From Lytechinus pictus (Eukaryota), in assembly GCF_037042905.1 (NCBI RefSeq), contig NC_087252.1:12092001-12156000 (forward strand): a stretch of 64,000 bases of DNA, read 5' to 3'. Under the pieces are notes generated by a model. The model did not search any database. It saw only the letters and a list, made by a program, of their open reading frames with translations, and was not told the origin of the DNA. This document shows, piece by piece, positions 38,701-50,718 of the stretch. The position numbers were made by a program, and so were the translations under genes. The first letter of the stretch is position 1. Each line of letters opens with the position of its first letter.

Positions 38701-40989
38701 TGCTCAAAACAAATACCCTTTTATGTTTTGTGCAATGACGGAAAATAATATGGGTTAGATTTTATGCATTTTGTGGGAGCACATTCAGTGGTTTACAAAA
38801 AAAAAAACAGATTTATCTAAACAACAGAATATAATTTGCTAAACTGAGGAAAATGTCAGTAAAATCACTTTTGTTTTTGGTTTTCTTGTTCATCAAGTTT
38901 GTTAACATACCATGAACATTTAGGAAAACAATACACTGACGATCACTCTGGAGTGTTTGATGTGACGCAAAGCAGCTGATATACTTTCCTTGATCACTCG
39001 CAGAGGGCGTAATGGTAACAACCCTCCGAGACGTGTAGCTATTGCCATTAACGACATTAGTCTGATCTTGTTGGTTGGAAATAAGATAATCTGGTACAAT
39101 CCAGTTAAGGACTGCAGGAGGCCTTGCTTGCGATGCTGTACATGTTAGCACATTTGGCTCCCCGGCCATTACCGTTCGAGTATTGTTATCAGAGCAGAGA
39201 CGGCTTGATCTATCGGTAACTATGATTACTGAAGGCGAAGCTGTGAAAGAAGATAGAAAATTCATGAGGAGTTTACTTTTACAGCTATACACAATTATTC
39301 ACAATTAAAATAGGTTCAATGTGTGTGGGGGTGTGTGGCTTTATTGATTTCTTAGAAAGATGACCTTCATAATTCGGAAGCCCATTAACAGACGTCTTTT
39401 CAACGACCGTTTCAGAAACAATTTTTTTATATGTATTTTTTGGTCACATCATAGGCACTGACGAAGAGTGTGACTTTTTCTTTCATTATTTGAGAGCTAC
39501 GCACCTTTCAAAATCTACGATTTTATATCCTCGCCATTTGTATTATTCACTATTTATTCTTGAAGTAAGTTACATTAAATAAAAGTACGTATATGTGTGG
39601 ATGTCATTAAAGCTTGAATCGAATTATAAATGAACACATTCCTAATATTGTAAATAAAAAGTATTTCCCTCATAAAACAAGTGTAATTGGTTACCAGTAA
39701 ACAAGTGAGATCGACGGTGTATATAAACAAAATAAGTAATGAATTATTTTTTGTATTCTTTTCGCATTTTCTGTCATGATTGTTATGGTTGAGTGCTGAT
39801 GAATTTGTTAAGCTTTGTTTATTAGTTTGTTTCCTTTCTTAGCGTTCAGTTGAGCAGAGAGTGATCGCGTTTCACGTACTTAAATAATCTGCATGTTCAA
39901 TTCTTTTGTAAATATAGCCGTGTTAAGATATTGTACTGTATTTCTAGTTTAAAATGTTATTGTTGTAATTGGGTTGACTTGAATTTGATCATTATATCTT
40001 AAACAATAACTGCACCTGGTAGTAATGGTGTTACGTGCATGCTCCTTGATACTGTATTGTAGGGAAAGGCAGTTTGGCGAACAGAACATTTGTAATGGCC
40101 GCCACCATCACCAACCAGTTGTTTTATCGTAAGATTAGCACTGGAGTAGTCTGCCACCAAGCTGAATTTCCATTGGTCTAGAACAGTAAACCTACAGGTC
40201 TGATCTTCCCTACAATCACATGTTGCGAGTGATTCACCATCCTTCTGCCACGTGATCTCCCTATTTCTGGCCTGTAGTGTGTACGTGCAGACCAATGTAA
40301 AATCTTCGCCAATGACTGGAAGATACTTGCCTCTGTTGATAGACACACCAAACCCTTCTGTTTCTGCGAGATTGAAAGACAATATTTTGGAAATGAAGAT
40401 ATTTAAGTTGGCGTCATTTCTCCAGAATTAATGCATTGAAAATAATTTGCTTTCAGTGAGTTTGCAAGGGGCATCATTATGAATTATTCAATTGTTAATA
40501 TAACTGCTCATTCAATCATTTTATTTACTTTTATTTCCAATCTTTCTAATCTTGTATTTCATAATTCATTTCACTAGTTATTCATTACATAACTGTAATA
40601 ATGCATCATTTATTGATTAATTGAGGCCACGAGTATCTATTCAGAAGGAGGGGGTGTTGCTAATATTACCAGAAGCTCACCGTTTTCGGGAATATTTGTG
40701 TCCTTTGTCCTCTTACGGAATCAAAGGATTCTGTTCTCCAAAATATGTCAGTAAGCCCCTTTGCATATGAAATGTGAGCACATGAAGATGTGCTGTAATA
40801 TAGTATTGTCATATAAAGGTACTTATAATGTACACACAGTGAACCTTGTATTGATTACGGTGCTCGTTTAATTGTCAACGTAAAATGGGTCAAATATGAA
40901 TATGGCAACGTAAACCTACCACAACTGACATGACTGAAGATCGTTAGAACAAGAACAACCACAGCATATCCACAAGCACTTGTCATCAT
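35713..40989 (-). CDS. G7: divergent-subfamily IgSF gene L-V-C2-C2-C2-FN3(stop), about 491 aa
   Basis: L 40920-40989 (MMTSACGYAVVVLVLTIFSHVSC), V 40016-40363, A 38911-39240, B 38287-38631, C 36133-36441 (acceptor duplicated by TE), FN3-start 35713-35786 (RPDSPSWFIVNQHQTTSSTILAA*, TGA at the conserved Trp). No D exon. Confidence 0.75.
36447..37937. mobile_element. Non-autonomous foldback DNA transposon, 527-bp TIRs, 6-bp TSD (IS3EU-like termini)
   Basis: Arms 36447-36973 and 37411-37937 are reverse complements; termini TATGG...CCATA; GCTGTA duplicated at 36441-36446 and 37938-37943; empty site visible in paralog G10 at 61131-61136. Arms contain many AATTACTACACGACGT-type subrepeats. Confidence 0.93.
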
Positions 40990-41166
40990 GTCGAATCTGG
41001 CTGTACGAAGACTTGCTTTCAGAACGACATGAAATCCAACAATGGCAAATAAACTATTATAAAGTCAAACTTGTAGGGGACTCCAAGATGCTATACACTT
41101 TGGGAAAAAATCGCTGGTATTGTGTCAAACGAGTGCTACTGGTTTCCTTCTCAAGATCAACTTCTG

Positions 41167-41178
41167 ATTCGGTTTCGC
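41167..41178 (-). promoter_or_regulatory. ISRE/IRF-like element upstream of G7
   Basis: GCGAAACCGAAT, about 178 bp upstream of ATG; identical to the G1 motif. Confidence 0.45.
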
Positions 41179-41378
41179 GATGTGCTATTTAACATTAATG
41201 AGTAATATCTAGAGCATGTGTGGTCCTAGAGGTCGCCATTTCCCTTCGCAGCAGGATAGTACAGATTACTGCTATTTCAAAATGCTCACGTTACACGTTG
41301 ACAGCTGGCGCTGGTGATAAACTAATTTTTCAACATTACAATCTGAAATGAAGCACACACTAGAAATAACATCATCAT

Positions 41379-41534
41379 CAGGAGCCGAGGAAACGGGGGA
41401 GGGGCTGTGTGGACTTCAACCCCCGCACTTTTTCCAAACCCGTGTACAAAAACGTAAAAATTACCATCTGATTATGATTCCTTGCATGGTTAGCCCCAAC
41501 CCCCCTAACTTCCAAAACCGTTCCGCGGCCCCTG
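41379..41534. mobile_element. hAT-like MITE upstream of G7
   Basis: caggagccgaggaaacg ... cgttccgcggcccctg inverted ends; weak 8-bp TSD atcatcat/atctttat. Confidence 0.55.
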
Positions 41535-41881
41535 ATCTTTATCATTAGCAGTTTAAACTTTAAGGGATCAGATAGGTATTCATGTTTGAATTTCAATATT
41601 GGATAGGAGATGGTTAGACGTTTAATGATCAACGTCAATCGTGTTCTCGACATAAATAGAGAACTTAAAGCAACCTCGACATTATTTTATATTTGTAATA
41701 TTCGTAGTGTCAGTGAATGTTACTGGGCAGTTCACATTCGAAGGGTAGGACAAAATAAGTTTAAACATATGAGCGGCAGTAGATGATGAACATGGCCGTA
41801 CAGGGCACATATTTTTTGATGGTCAGGGAAGAGCGACGCGAGCGAGCGAACGATAAATCGACCTTACAGAAATAAAATTCC

Positions 41882-42600
41882 GAAGACATCCTCGATGTGT
41901 CCAAAACACATTGAAGGAATAATGATGACGATGAGATTTGTTCGATTACTTTCAATCGTCCATGCCGTTAAGCACATTACGAAAGCATGTCTTAAGTTGC
42001 CAACGGTCGAAAATGAAAGTACGATGATATTTATATTATAAGTATAAATAAAGTATATAAGTATAAATCTGAATTTCCATGATCTGGCGACAGAGTGTGC
42101 TCTTTTTCATATTTTCATCATATTTGAAGTTGAGCTTTGAGGATGGCGTGCAAATAACTGTCACGACAAATACTATTAGGGATGGTCTCTAATACGCAAT
42201 CGATCCGAGATACTTCAGAGAACCTGTTCGTTCCTAAAGTATTTATTGCGTTTAAAATTCATATTGATCCTAATCAACACCGTTAACTCTGAACATGCCA
42301 CTGTAGCAAATCGGCATAAAAAATACACGCAAATCTAATAGAGCTACAACCAATCTGAGACGTTTGGACTTCTCAGGCTTCTCAGTACTGCTAATCAACC
42401 AAACTTCGAAATGAATTACTAGTATTACACCACTTGTCTTTGAACTTAAGACTTTTTGCATTCACGTCATGTCGCATCGCCATCTTAGAGGCTGATGAGT
42501 TTGCTTTACATGCAATGTTGATCTGCAGCTGGCGCATCTCTGACAACTCCGTTTACGTGCTTTCCTAATATCCTCTGAGGGAGGGAGCTATGAGATTGTG
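41882..42600 (-). promoter_or_regulatory. Orphan G4-type promoter lacking its leader exon, about 0.9 kb upstream of G7
   Basis: Homologous to about 21353-22010 but cut off about 100 bp before the expected ATG. Confidence 0.6.
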
Positions 42601-44490
42601 ACGTGAAATACATGTCTATTTCAACGATGCGACGTGATCACCCATTTTCCCCGACAACCCTATCTACAAAAGCAACACTCCTATAAAACTTGTGTGAAAT
42701 TATTTTTTTACGTTTGTGACCCAAGGTTATTTGCCAAAATATTCATTGGAATCCGCTTCCAAAGTCCAAAGTTCATCATTGCTACATATCAAAACGACGT
42801 TTATTCATTTAACTTCTAATTCATTATATATAAGTTCAAATTGATATATACATCCAGTCCACATCTAAAATACAAGCAAAGGATCCATTTTCAATTTTCA
42901 TCTTAATATTATCACTAAGTGTTTTTCCTCGGATTCCCCAAATTGCATTCCAGTAAAAAAAAATTGATTTGTATCTAATTCTTATAACGTATCAGCGCTG
43001 TGGTGTATTTATGAATGTAGTCGGATTCTTTTGAGTAGGTACTATTTTAGTGACGTCTTGTTTAAGCTTTTTATCTTTGCTTGCTCCAGTACCTAGGAAT
43101 ATGATCCCAATTCCTTAGTATTCCATTTGAGTTACTCTTTTGATTATATAAGGACCAGTAAAATTGGTACTTCTATCTTTGTTAACAATCTGATGCCTAC
43201 TCCAAACTCGCATTTTCTATATTCAACGCCGGTCTATTCTTCGCTTGCAATTTAGAAACTGTAGCAAGATCATCATTTAGATTGTTAGCAAGAGTGTTCA
43301 CTTTATTGTTTCCTATTTATATTTTGAAAACAGTACTAACAACATTTCGTTATTTCAATGAACACATTCTCACATTCTCCTGCATTCGCATGATAGTGCC
43401 TGAGTCAATTATAACCCTGCTAATGCACGACATCATACCAAAAATGATAAACAGGCTTTTAATATTCTTGTTTTTTTTTTTGTTTTTTTTTATTATCAAT
43501 CCAGCAATATGAGTAACAAACTGAGAAATATTTGGTCACATAGACATATACATAGACCACTGTTGAACTAAAGAGTCTACAATTACATTATGAACACTGA
43601 TATGCTGACCCCGTGTACAGACTCTTGGTATGTATGTTTTACATAGAATTTCTAGTAAGGTGCATAAGGTTCACCGCATAGATGGTGAATTATTCATAGA
43701 AGTATTATACTTCCTATTAATTGGGAGGGATACTCACTAAATAGGATAACATTTCATGTTTGATTGAAAAGAAATTTAAAGATTTAATCAGCACGATCAG
43801 TTTCTGTGCGAAAAGAAAGAAATTGCTTTGATCAACATTGTTGAGAAATTGGATGAAACAGCCTTAAAATCAAGTAATTGAAATAATGATACGTTCAAAG
43901 TTCAAGATTTTGTTTAATTTTGTCTACTCATGTAAAATAATAAAATGATAAACCGTTTGAATAAATGTTATCTTTGCGTGTCAGACATTTTTCTGTCAGA
44001 TTTTCTGACTTAGAGGGCAAAGCCTAAAGGTATCTCTTCACGTCGTTATTAACGTTAATGTTAAAAAGTACGAAACAGTAAATTAATAATCGGTAAAAAA
44101 CGAACACTTTGGACTTTTCGAATTTTCCCTAAGCACCTCTTCAACCGTACGAATACGTGGAACCAGTTGCCCTCCCCTCATGACATTTATAAAGTTAACC
44201 TGCATTTTCTTAATAATATTTTTCACAAACTTCACCAAAGCTGTGCACGAAATCCTTAATTTTCACTTCAAAAATGTCAAAACCTTCCCAAGACAGGTTG
44301 CCTCCTCCCCTCTTTCGAGTTTTTTTCCGAAAAAAAAAATTATACGTCTTGCCCCCCTCCCCGGAAAAAAATCCTTTACAGTCATGATAAACCATGCCTT
44401 ATGAATGGCGATGAGGCATAGCTGATTTGAACTGTTGTATTCCATTTTAATTTCGTTGTAGATGGTTTTTCATTCATTCATTTCTGTAAT

Positions 44491-47400
44491 TCATGAATAA
44501 TCTGCTATATAATAATATGTCATTACTGCCAATGGCCTCTTAAGCTCGCATAAGTTATTCACGGACCGCACAGTGGATAACATAGGTTGAACTTTCTGAC
44601 AGAAAATACATTTCCCATAATTTAACTTATTTGGTGTGAAGATCAGAGTGCTTACAACATCATATCGATCAGCGCTTTTGACTGAGATCTTAAGAGATGA
44701 GCTAATCGTGACATTTCTTGATCCGATGTACCAATGTAGTAGCGGAGCCGGGTATCCGTTACGAGCTTTACAGGTTACGTTAGTCTCTCTGCCTTCTAGC
44801 ATATCACCTGGGACAGTCATTACGACTTCGTCTTGTAGTCCTTCATAGAAACATAAGGCCATTGGTCAAAGTTAAATTCCAGCTAATTAATTTTTTTTTC
44901 ATAGTCCGGACAATATATTAGGGAATTGAACCAACGAACTTAATAAAATCATCAAGAACAACAACAATAGTTAATTCGTTTCATAAAAAAGTAAAGGACT
45001 AATCTTGCAATTTTTTTACAGGTTTGGCAAATGTACACTATACGAATTTTCATCAATCACACTATATAATCAGTTCTACATTATCTTTATATGTTTACTT
45101 GTTTCTAAAATCATTATGGGATAACACATCACCCTATACCATAAGTCAAACTGCCAGGATTTTAACAAAGATTCTGCCTTCCATATTCCAGTGTTAGTGG
45201 CATCTGGCCTTATGGATATGGTACTTGGTTGTGGTAACTACCTTGCATTTTCTTTTCGGAAAATTATACTGGATGAATTTCCATTGAATGATCTTACTCT
45301 TTTACTAGTTTTACCGTTACCAATATTCTAACTTGTTTTTGAAATCATTATGGGATAACTCACCGTAAACAATTAGTCTGACTGCTACTATTTTAACAAA
45401 GAAGGCGCCTTCCATATACGAGGAACATGCGATGTGCATTCCATGGTTAATGGCATCTGGCCGTATGGTTATGGTACTTTCAGTGTCAAACAAAGTGTCG
45501 TCTACAACACTCCTATTGCTTGAGACATTTGCATGGATCCGAGTCCTGTCAGACTCACCAACTAACCAGAATGATAGTTCAGTAGCTGGGAATGATCCAA
45601 TACTTTTACACGTGATTGAAGTCGGTGAATCTTCTTGAACAAATAGGACTGTTGATTGTGACTGGTTACCTCCGGTCGGAAAGAGAAGCACACTAGCCGG
45701 CAGAACTGTAAATATGGCAAGATAGAAAAGAAGAGTAAGATAAAGAGGCGGATACAAGGGAGAAAGTATTATGTGTTTTGCAGACAGGCCCTTTTGTGGA
45801 AAGTAGTTTAGTAACCTCATGATACTCTGGGTAAGTAAACAGCAGGTGACGTAAATATATTATCAATGAAAAAGGGAAATGTATTTAATAAAATGGAACT
45901 GCTAAATGATGCTTAGAAATAACTGGTTCACCACATGAAGATATGCATGATGTAAATAGAAATGGAACTTATATCAATATAAGGCGTCAGCATACTGTAT
46001 TTCTGTAATCTTTAAGCTATTTTGGATTAACAAAGTATTACAAAAGTACGCAAGAACTTAAATCTAGGAAGAACAAAACATATTCATGTATAGGTAATAC
46101 ATACCATGAACATTCACAAAAACTGAGAATCTGATATTATTTTGTAGTTCTGGGTGTGATGCGGTGCAGCTAAGAATCTTCCCGTGATCGTCTCTGGTGG
46201 ATGTGATTGCCAAAGTTTTCTGGGAGATGTAAGATCCATAGTGGATGACATCAGATTGATCCTGATGATCAACAGTTACGTCCTCTAGTATTTGCCAGTG
46301 TAATTCTGCAGGAGGCCTTGCTCTATTTGCTCCACATGTGATGCTATACGAATCCCCAGCAATTACACTTATATTGGCGTTGTTCAAGTATTGTCGGCCT
46401 GATTGGGTATCAGACATAAATATCTGTGATGGTGGAACTGAAGACAAAAAGAAGGTATATTTTGCATAAAAACCCATTTCCAACCATTCTTCTCACTTTG
46501 CTATTCGATGATTATAACTGATTGTTTTTTTTTTGCAATCTTTATGACGTTCTTTTGTGCATATTACACTATCGTACAAAGTATAAATAACTTATTTGTT
46601 AGACAACGAAGATCTAACAGTTCAACGCATAGATCCCAATAGGTATCTTCAGTAGATTGTGAAGTACTACTCGATGTACGAAACTGCACTGCTATTGTAC
46701 AAGGCACTGGCTTAAATCAACGCGGTGACCTTATTGTTCAGGGAGATGATCTATTGTTCAACCCCCACACTGGAATTGCATGACGTCATGGATTTATGCA
46801 AGTGGTACAAGGCATGGGAAGAAGTAAAGGTAGAAGGGTACCACTGGCGGATCCAGGGGGGGGGGGGGCAGAGCCTGACCGTGCCCCCCCCCCCCTGAGA
46901 GGCAAAATCAAAACTTGTAATGCAAAAATGTCGTTAAAAATGTGTACCCCTATGAAAGTAAAAACATTTTTTTGACTTGCTTGTCAAAAAACTTTGTGGA
47001 CGAAATGTCATTATTTTAGGTTGAAAACCTTTTTTTTTTTTTTTCTTTTTTTTTATTCGTCAAATTTTTCGTCGGGAGAATGTGCCCCCCCCCCCCTTTG
47101 GAAAATCCTGGATCCGCCCTAACGGGTACCCTCTTGACTGGCCTTCATCTCAACATGTGCACCATTCAAGAATGTCAGTGGCATTGTGAAAACACTGGAA
47201 TATTTGATTTCTTTCATTTTCATATTTTGTTTACCATACATAATATTTATTTCCCGGAGACAGGAATAATTTGATTAGACAGAGTGAAGTTCATTTCTAT
47301 TTCAAAACAGTTGTGACTTGTTACTTCACAAAGGTATGGCTAATCTGAGAACGTCTTTAGCCAGCAGAGAGAAAACAGGACCATTGTATGAAATGACAGT

Positions 47401-48752
47401 GGTAAGATGGGGAAGGTGAATTGACTGTTGCAATACAGTGTCCGCATAGAAATACATTAAAATCGCCCACGCTGATGAAATTTCTCGTCAGAAGGATCTT
47501 GAAAGTATGCGGGACTTTGATTTTGATATTGTCTTAATTAGTAAAGAAAAAAGGAACATTCGGAGATGTTGGTAGAAATCACATTTTTATTTCATCTTAT
47601 GACTTTTGGTTGATGAGCAGTGTCATAGATTTTTTTCCTATGTTTCAGACTGGTAGGTGATTTACCAATAAACGAAAATAAACGGAACGATCTTGCGTTT
47701 TCCATCACACGATTACAAACTTATTGAGTGTCTAACCTTTGACAATAAATGAAATTTTATTGTAGGATCTTGCATTGACGTTGACCTTTATGTTCTTTCT
47801 TTTTCTGTTTACACAATCTAAGTCAGATTGAATTGAATGTCGCCAATATGCCTTTTCCTCTTTTTTCTTACCTGGATTTAGTACTTCCAGTATTTCATTC
47901 GCTGAATGTTTGCCATCTGGGTAAAATACATTGCATGTAAATATCCCATTGTCACTAGAGGTTAAATTGATTATTGTAAGCGATGTGCTGCGGTCATCTC
48001 CCATTAACTTGTATTTTGTAAGATTGAGAATATTAGATGTACAGCTACTCGCAGAAGTGCACGATTCATAAGCAACCCGTATGCCCTCGTGTGTCCAATG
48101 TACTGTACGATCATTTAGAGGAGGCGAATAGGTACACCTCATCGTAAATTCTTCTCCTTTGACGGGTAGGGTCTGTCTTGGTTGGAAAGAAATCGTGGCT
48201 GAAGACATGGTAGAAGTGGAGCCTGCAAATAGATTATGTAGCAATATTGTCAATTATTGGTAATGATAGACGTATTGCTAATTCATAGTACCTTACAAGA
48301 CGGGCATCTATTTTAGACTACCTAAACAATTAACAATGGAACAAATACAAAAGCGGTTTACAATAGGGCCATGATAATTAAAAAAATGTATTAACTATTG
48401 TGTACATTGTACGTTTTGCGGATTCCGCCCTTTGTGAACCTAATTTAATGTATTTATTTCAGTTGATGCGTCAACTTAAGATGTATAGGCCGATAAAGCA
48501 CATTCTGATCCAAATTTTAAGAACGCTCTCAAGATTGAAAGAAAGCATTTTTGATATGGAAAACAACAATTTAAAGATGATCTGAATGTAGCATGTTCTA
48601 ACCTCACTTCAAATTATCTTACAATGTAACGGATAAGTCTACGTATAACATTGTTATTGTATCCATATTATTATTAGTAGTAGTAGTAGTAGTATCAACC
48701 TACCTTTACCGATGAAAATTAGAGCAAACCAGCACCAAATATGATACGCCAT
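44491..48752 (-). CDS. G8: L-V-C2-C2-C2 IgSF gene (mosaic of G4- and G5-like parts), about 474 aa
   Basis: L 48704-48752 (MAYHIWCWFALIFIGK), V 47872-48222, A 46105-46437, B 45364-45705, C 44840 to stop at 44491. Confidence 0.82.
45085..45225 (-). pseudogene. Degenerate remnant of a duplicated exon-B 3' end in the G8 B-C intron
   Basis: tctaaaatcattatgggataac..aactgccaggattttaacaaag..gccttccata..tggcatctggccttatggatatggtact mirrors about 45335-45480. Confidence 0.6.
46842..47121. mobile_element. hAT-like MITE in G8 V-A intron
   Basis: ggcggatccagg ... cctggatccgcc TIRs with G/C runs; 8-bp TSD aagggtac/acgggtac; absent from homologous introns of G4 and G5. Confidence 0.7.
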
Positions 48753-50718
48753 TTGAAATCGCAGTGATTTTGATCAATCAAAAATCCTAGTAACATGGAG
48801 ACTTTCAATATCAGAACGTAAGAGAGTTGCAGTAGGTGAGACAAATTTTGTTTCTAGAATACATCCTCAATGTGCCCCAAACACATTGAAGGAAATGATG
48901 ACAATGAGATTTGTTCGATTACTCTCGATCGTTCATGCCGTTACCACATTTCAAAGTACGGCTTAATGTCTTGAGTTGTCAACGGTCGAAACTGAAAATA
49001 AGATGTTATGTCTATAAATTATATCAAGTGTATTTCTGTATTTCAATGATCTGGCGACAGAGTGTGCTCTTTCTCCTATTCGATTAGAGGTTGATGTTTG
49101 CTTCACCTACTAATAGCAAACAGTGGATCGGGATGGCGTCCAGAGAAATGTCACGGCACATAATCTTCGTGATGGGCACCAAGACGAAATCAATCCGAGA
49201 TAAATCAATGAATCTGTTGGTCAGCGCATTTATTGCGTTTAAGATTCATATTTCCCACTTTTCGCTGTCCAACGCGGATGGACTTTACGACGGTATATTG
49301 ATTTTGGAAGATACTTTTGGGCCCGTCGTAAAACACTGTCCTGCAATGCAAGTTGTGTGACATGAGATTTTTGTTACGTTTCGCATCCACAACGGGAACA
49401 GTCAGTGAAGTGGGATGGCGTCCAGAGAACCGTCACGACACATACCCTTCAGCATGGGCACCAAGACGGATAAATCAGAGGTCACTCACTAAAACTTGTT
49501 CCTAAAGCATTATGTTTAAAATTCGTATTGATAGTGAAAACACTGTTAACTCTAAATATGCCACTGTCTCCAATCGGCAGGAAAAAATACATTTTTTCTT
49601 TTAGATTTGCAAGCGATCTGAAACGTGAAGAGTTCAGGCACTCCTAGTCAGAACCCCCCTCCGCCATATACACACAACTTCGAAATTACTTATTAAATCA
49701 CCTGTCTTTTATTAAACTTAATAAGACCTTATGCACTGGCGTCATCTTAGAACATGTAGAAGCTCATGCCTTTACCTTTTAATACATGCGTTTTTAATCT
49801 GCAATTGGCGCATCTCTGATTATTCCAGTCAAGGATTAATCATAATTGCTAGGTTACTCTTTTTATTACATTAGGTCCTATAAAAAAAAATTGGGTCTAC
49901 TCCCAATCACCCAAAACTCGCAAATCCTACGCCAATCAATTTTTCATTAACTTTTTGTTAACTGTTACAAGATATTCTTTTAAGTTGTTAACAAGAATGT
50001 TCACATTATTCTATTTTTTTGGTAAATTATGAAAACGGTACTTTCAAACGTTATCTTATTTCCATGAACCCGTTCTTACGCAATCGTTTTATAGCATTTG
50101 AGTCATACCTATTAAACCAGCTCATCCACGGCATTAGACAGACCAAAAAATTATGAAACAGGATTTTATTGTAATATACTTTTTAGTTTTTATTTTTTGC
50201 TAAATCAATCAAACAATATGAGAAAAAATAGCGTGATACCACATCACATAGACATATACATAGACCACTGTTACAATAAAAATGCAACAACTGCAATATA
50301 ATGATCATTTAATTTTATACATTGTCGTATATATAGTTTAACTCGTCTGCATAGTGCATAGAGGGGGATATGGAACTAATAATCCTCATAAACAATTTGT
50401 GACTGGAGTACTCGCTGTACTCGGTAAACAATATAAAGTCACATGTTTGGTTGGAACAATATTCAAGATTATTACGGCATGATCAGCTTATGTGCGAATA
50501 TAAAGTAATTACTTTAAAAGCATTCCTAAGAAATTTCATGCGTCCCCCCCCCCCCTCCCTGAAAAAAACATACGGGTACGGCCATGACAAACCTTGCTTC
50601 AATCATTATCGATTGGAACTGTGGAAATTCATTTGAATTTCGTTGTCTATATGTTTTTTTTCATTAACCAGTTTTTCGAGTAGGTGAATAATCTGCCGAT
50701 TTGGGGTTTTCATTACTG

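Larger units (their letters stand above)
21352..41881. repeat. About 20.5-kb segmental duplication, copy A (promoter, G5, G6, TRIM-like pseudogene, G7)
   Basis: Same gene order and intergenic homology as 41882-63148. Confidence 0.85.
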
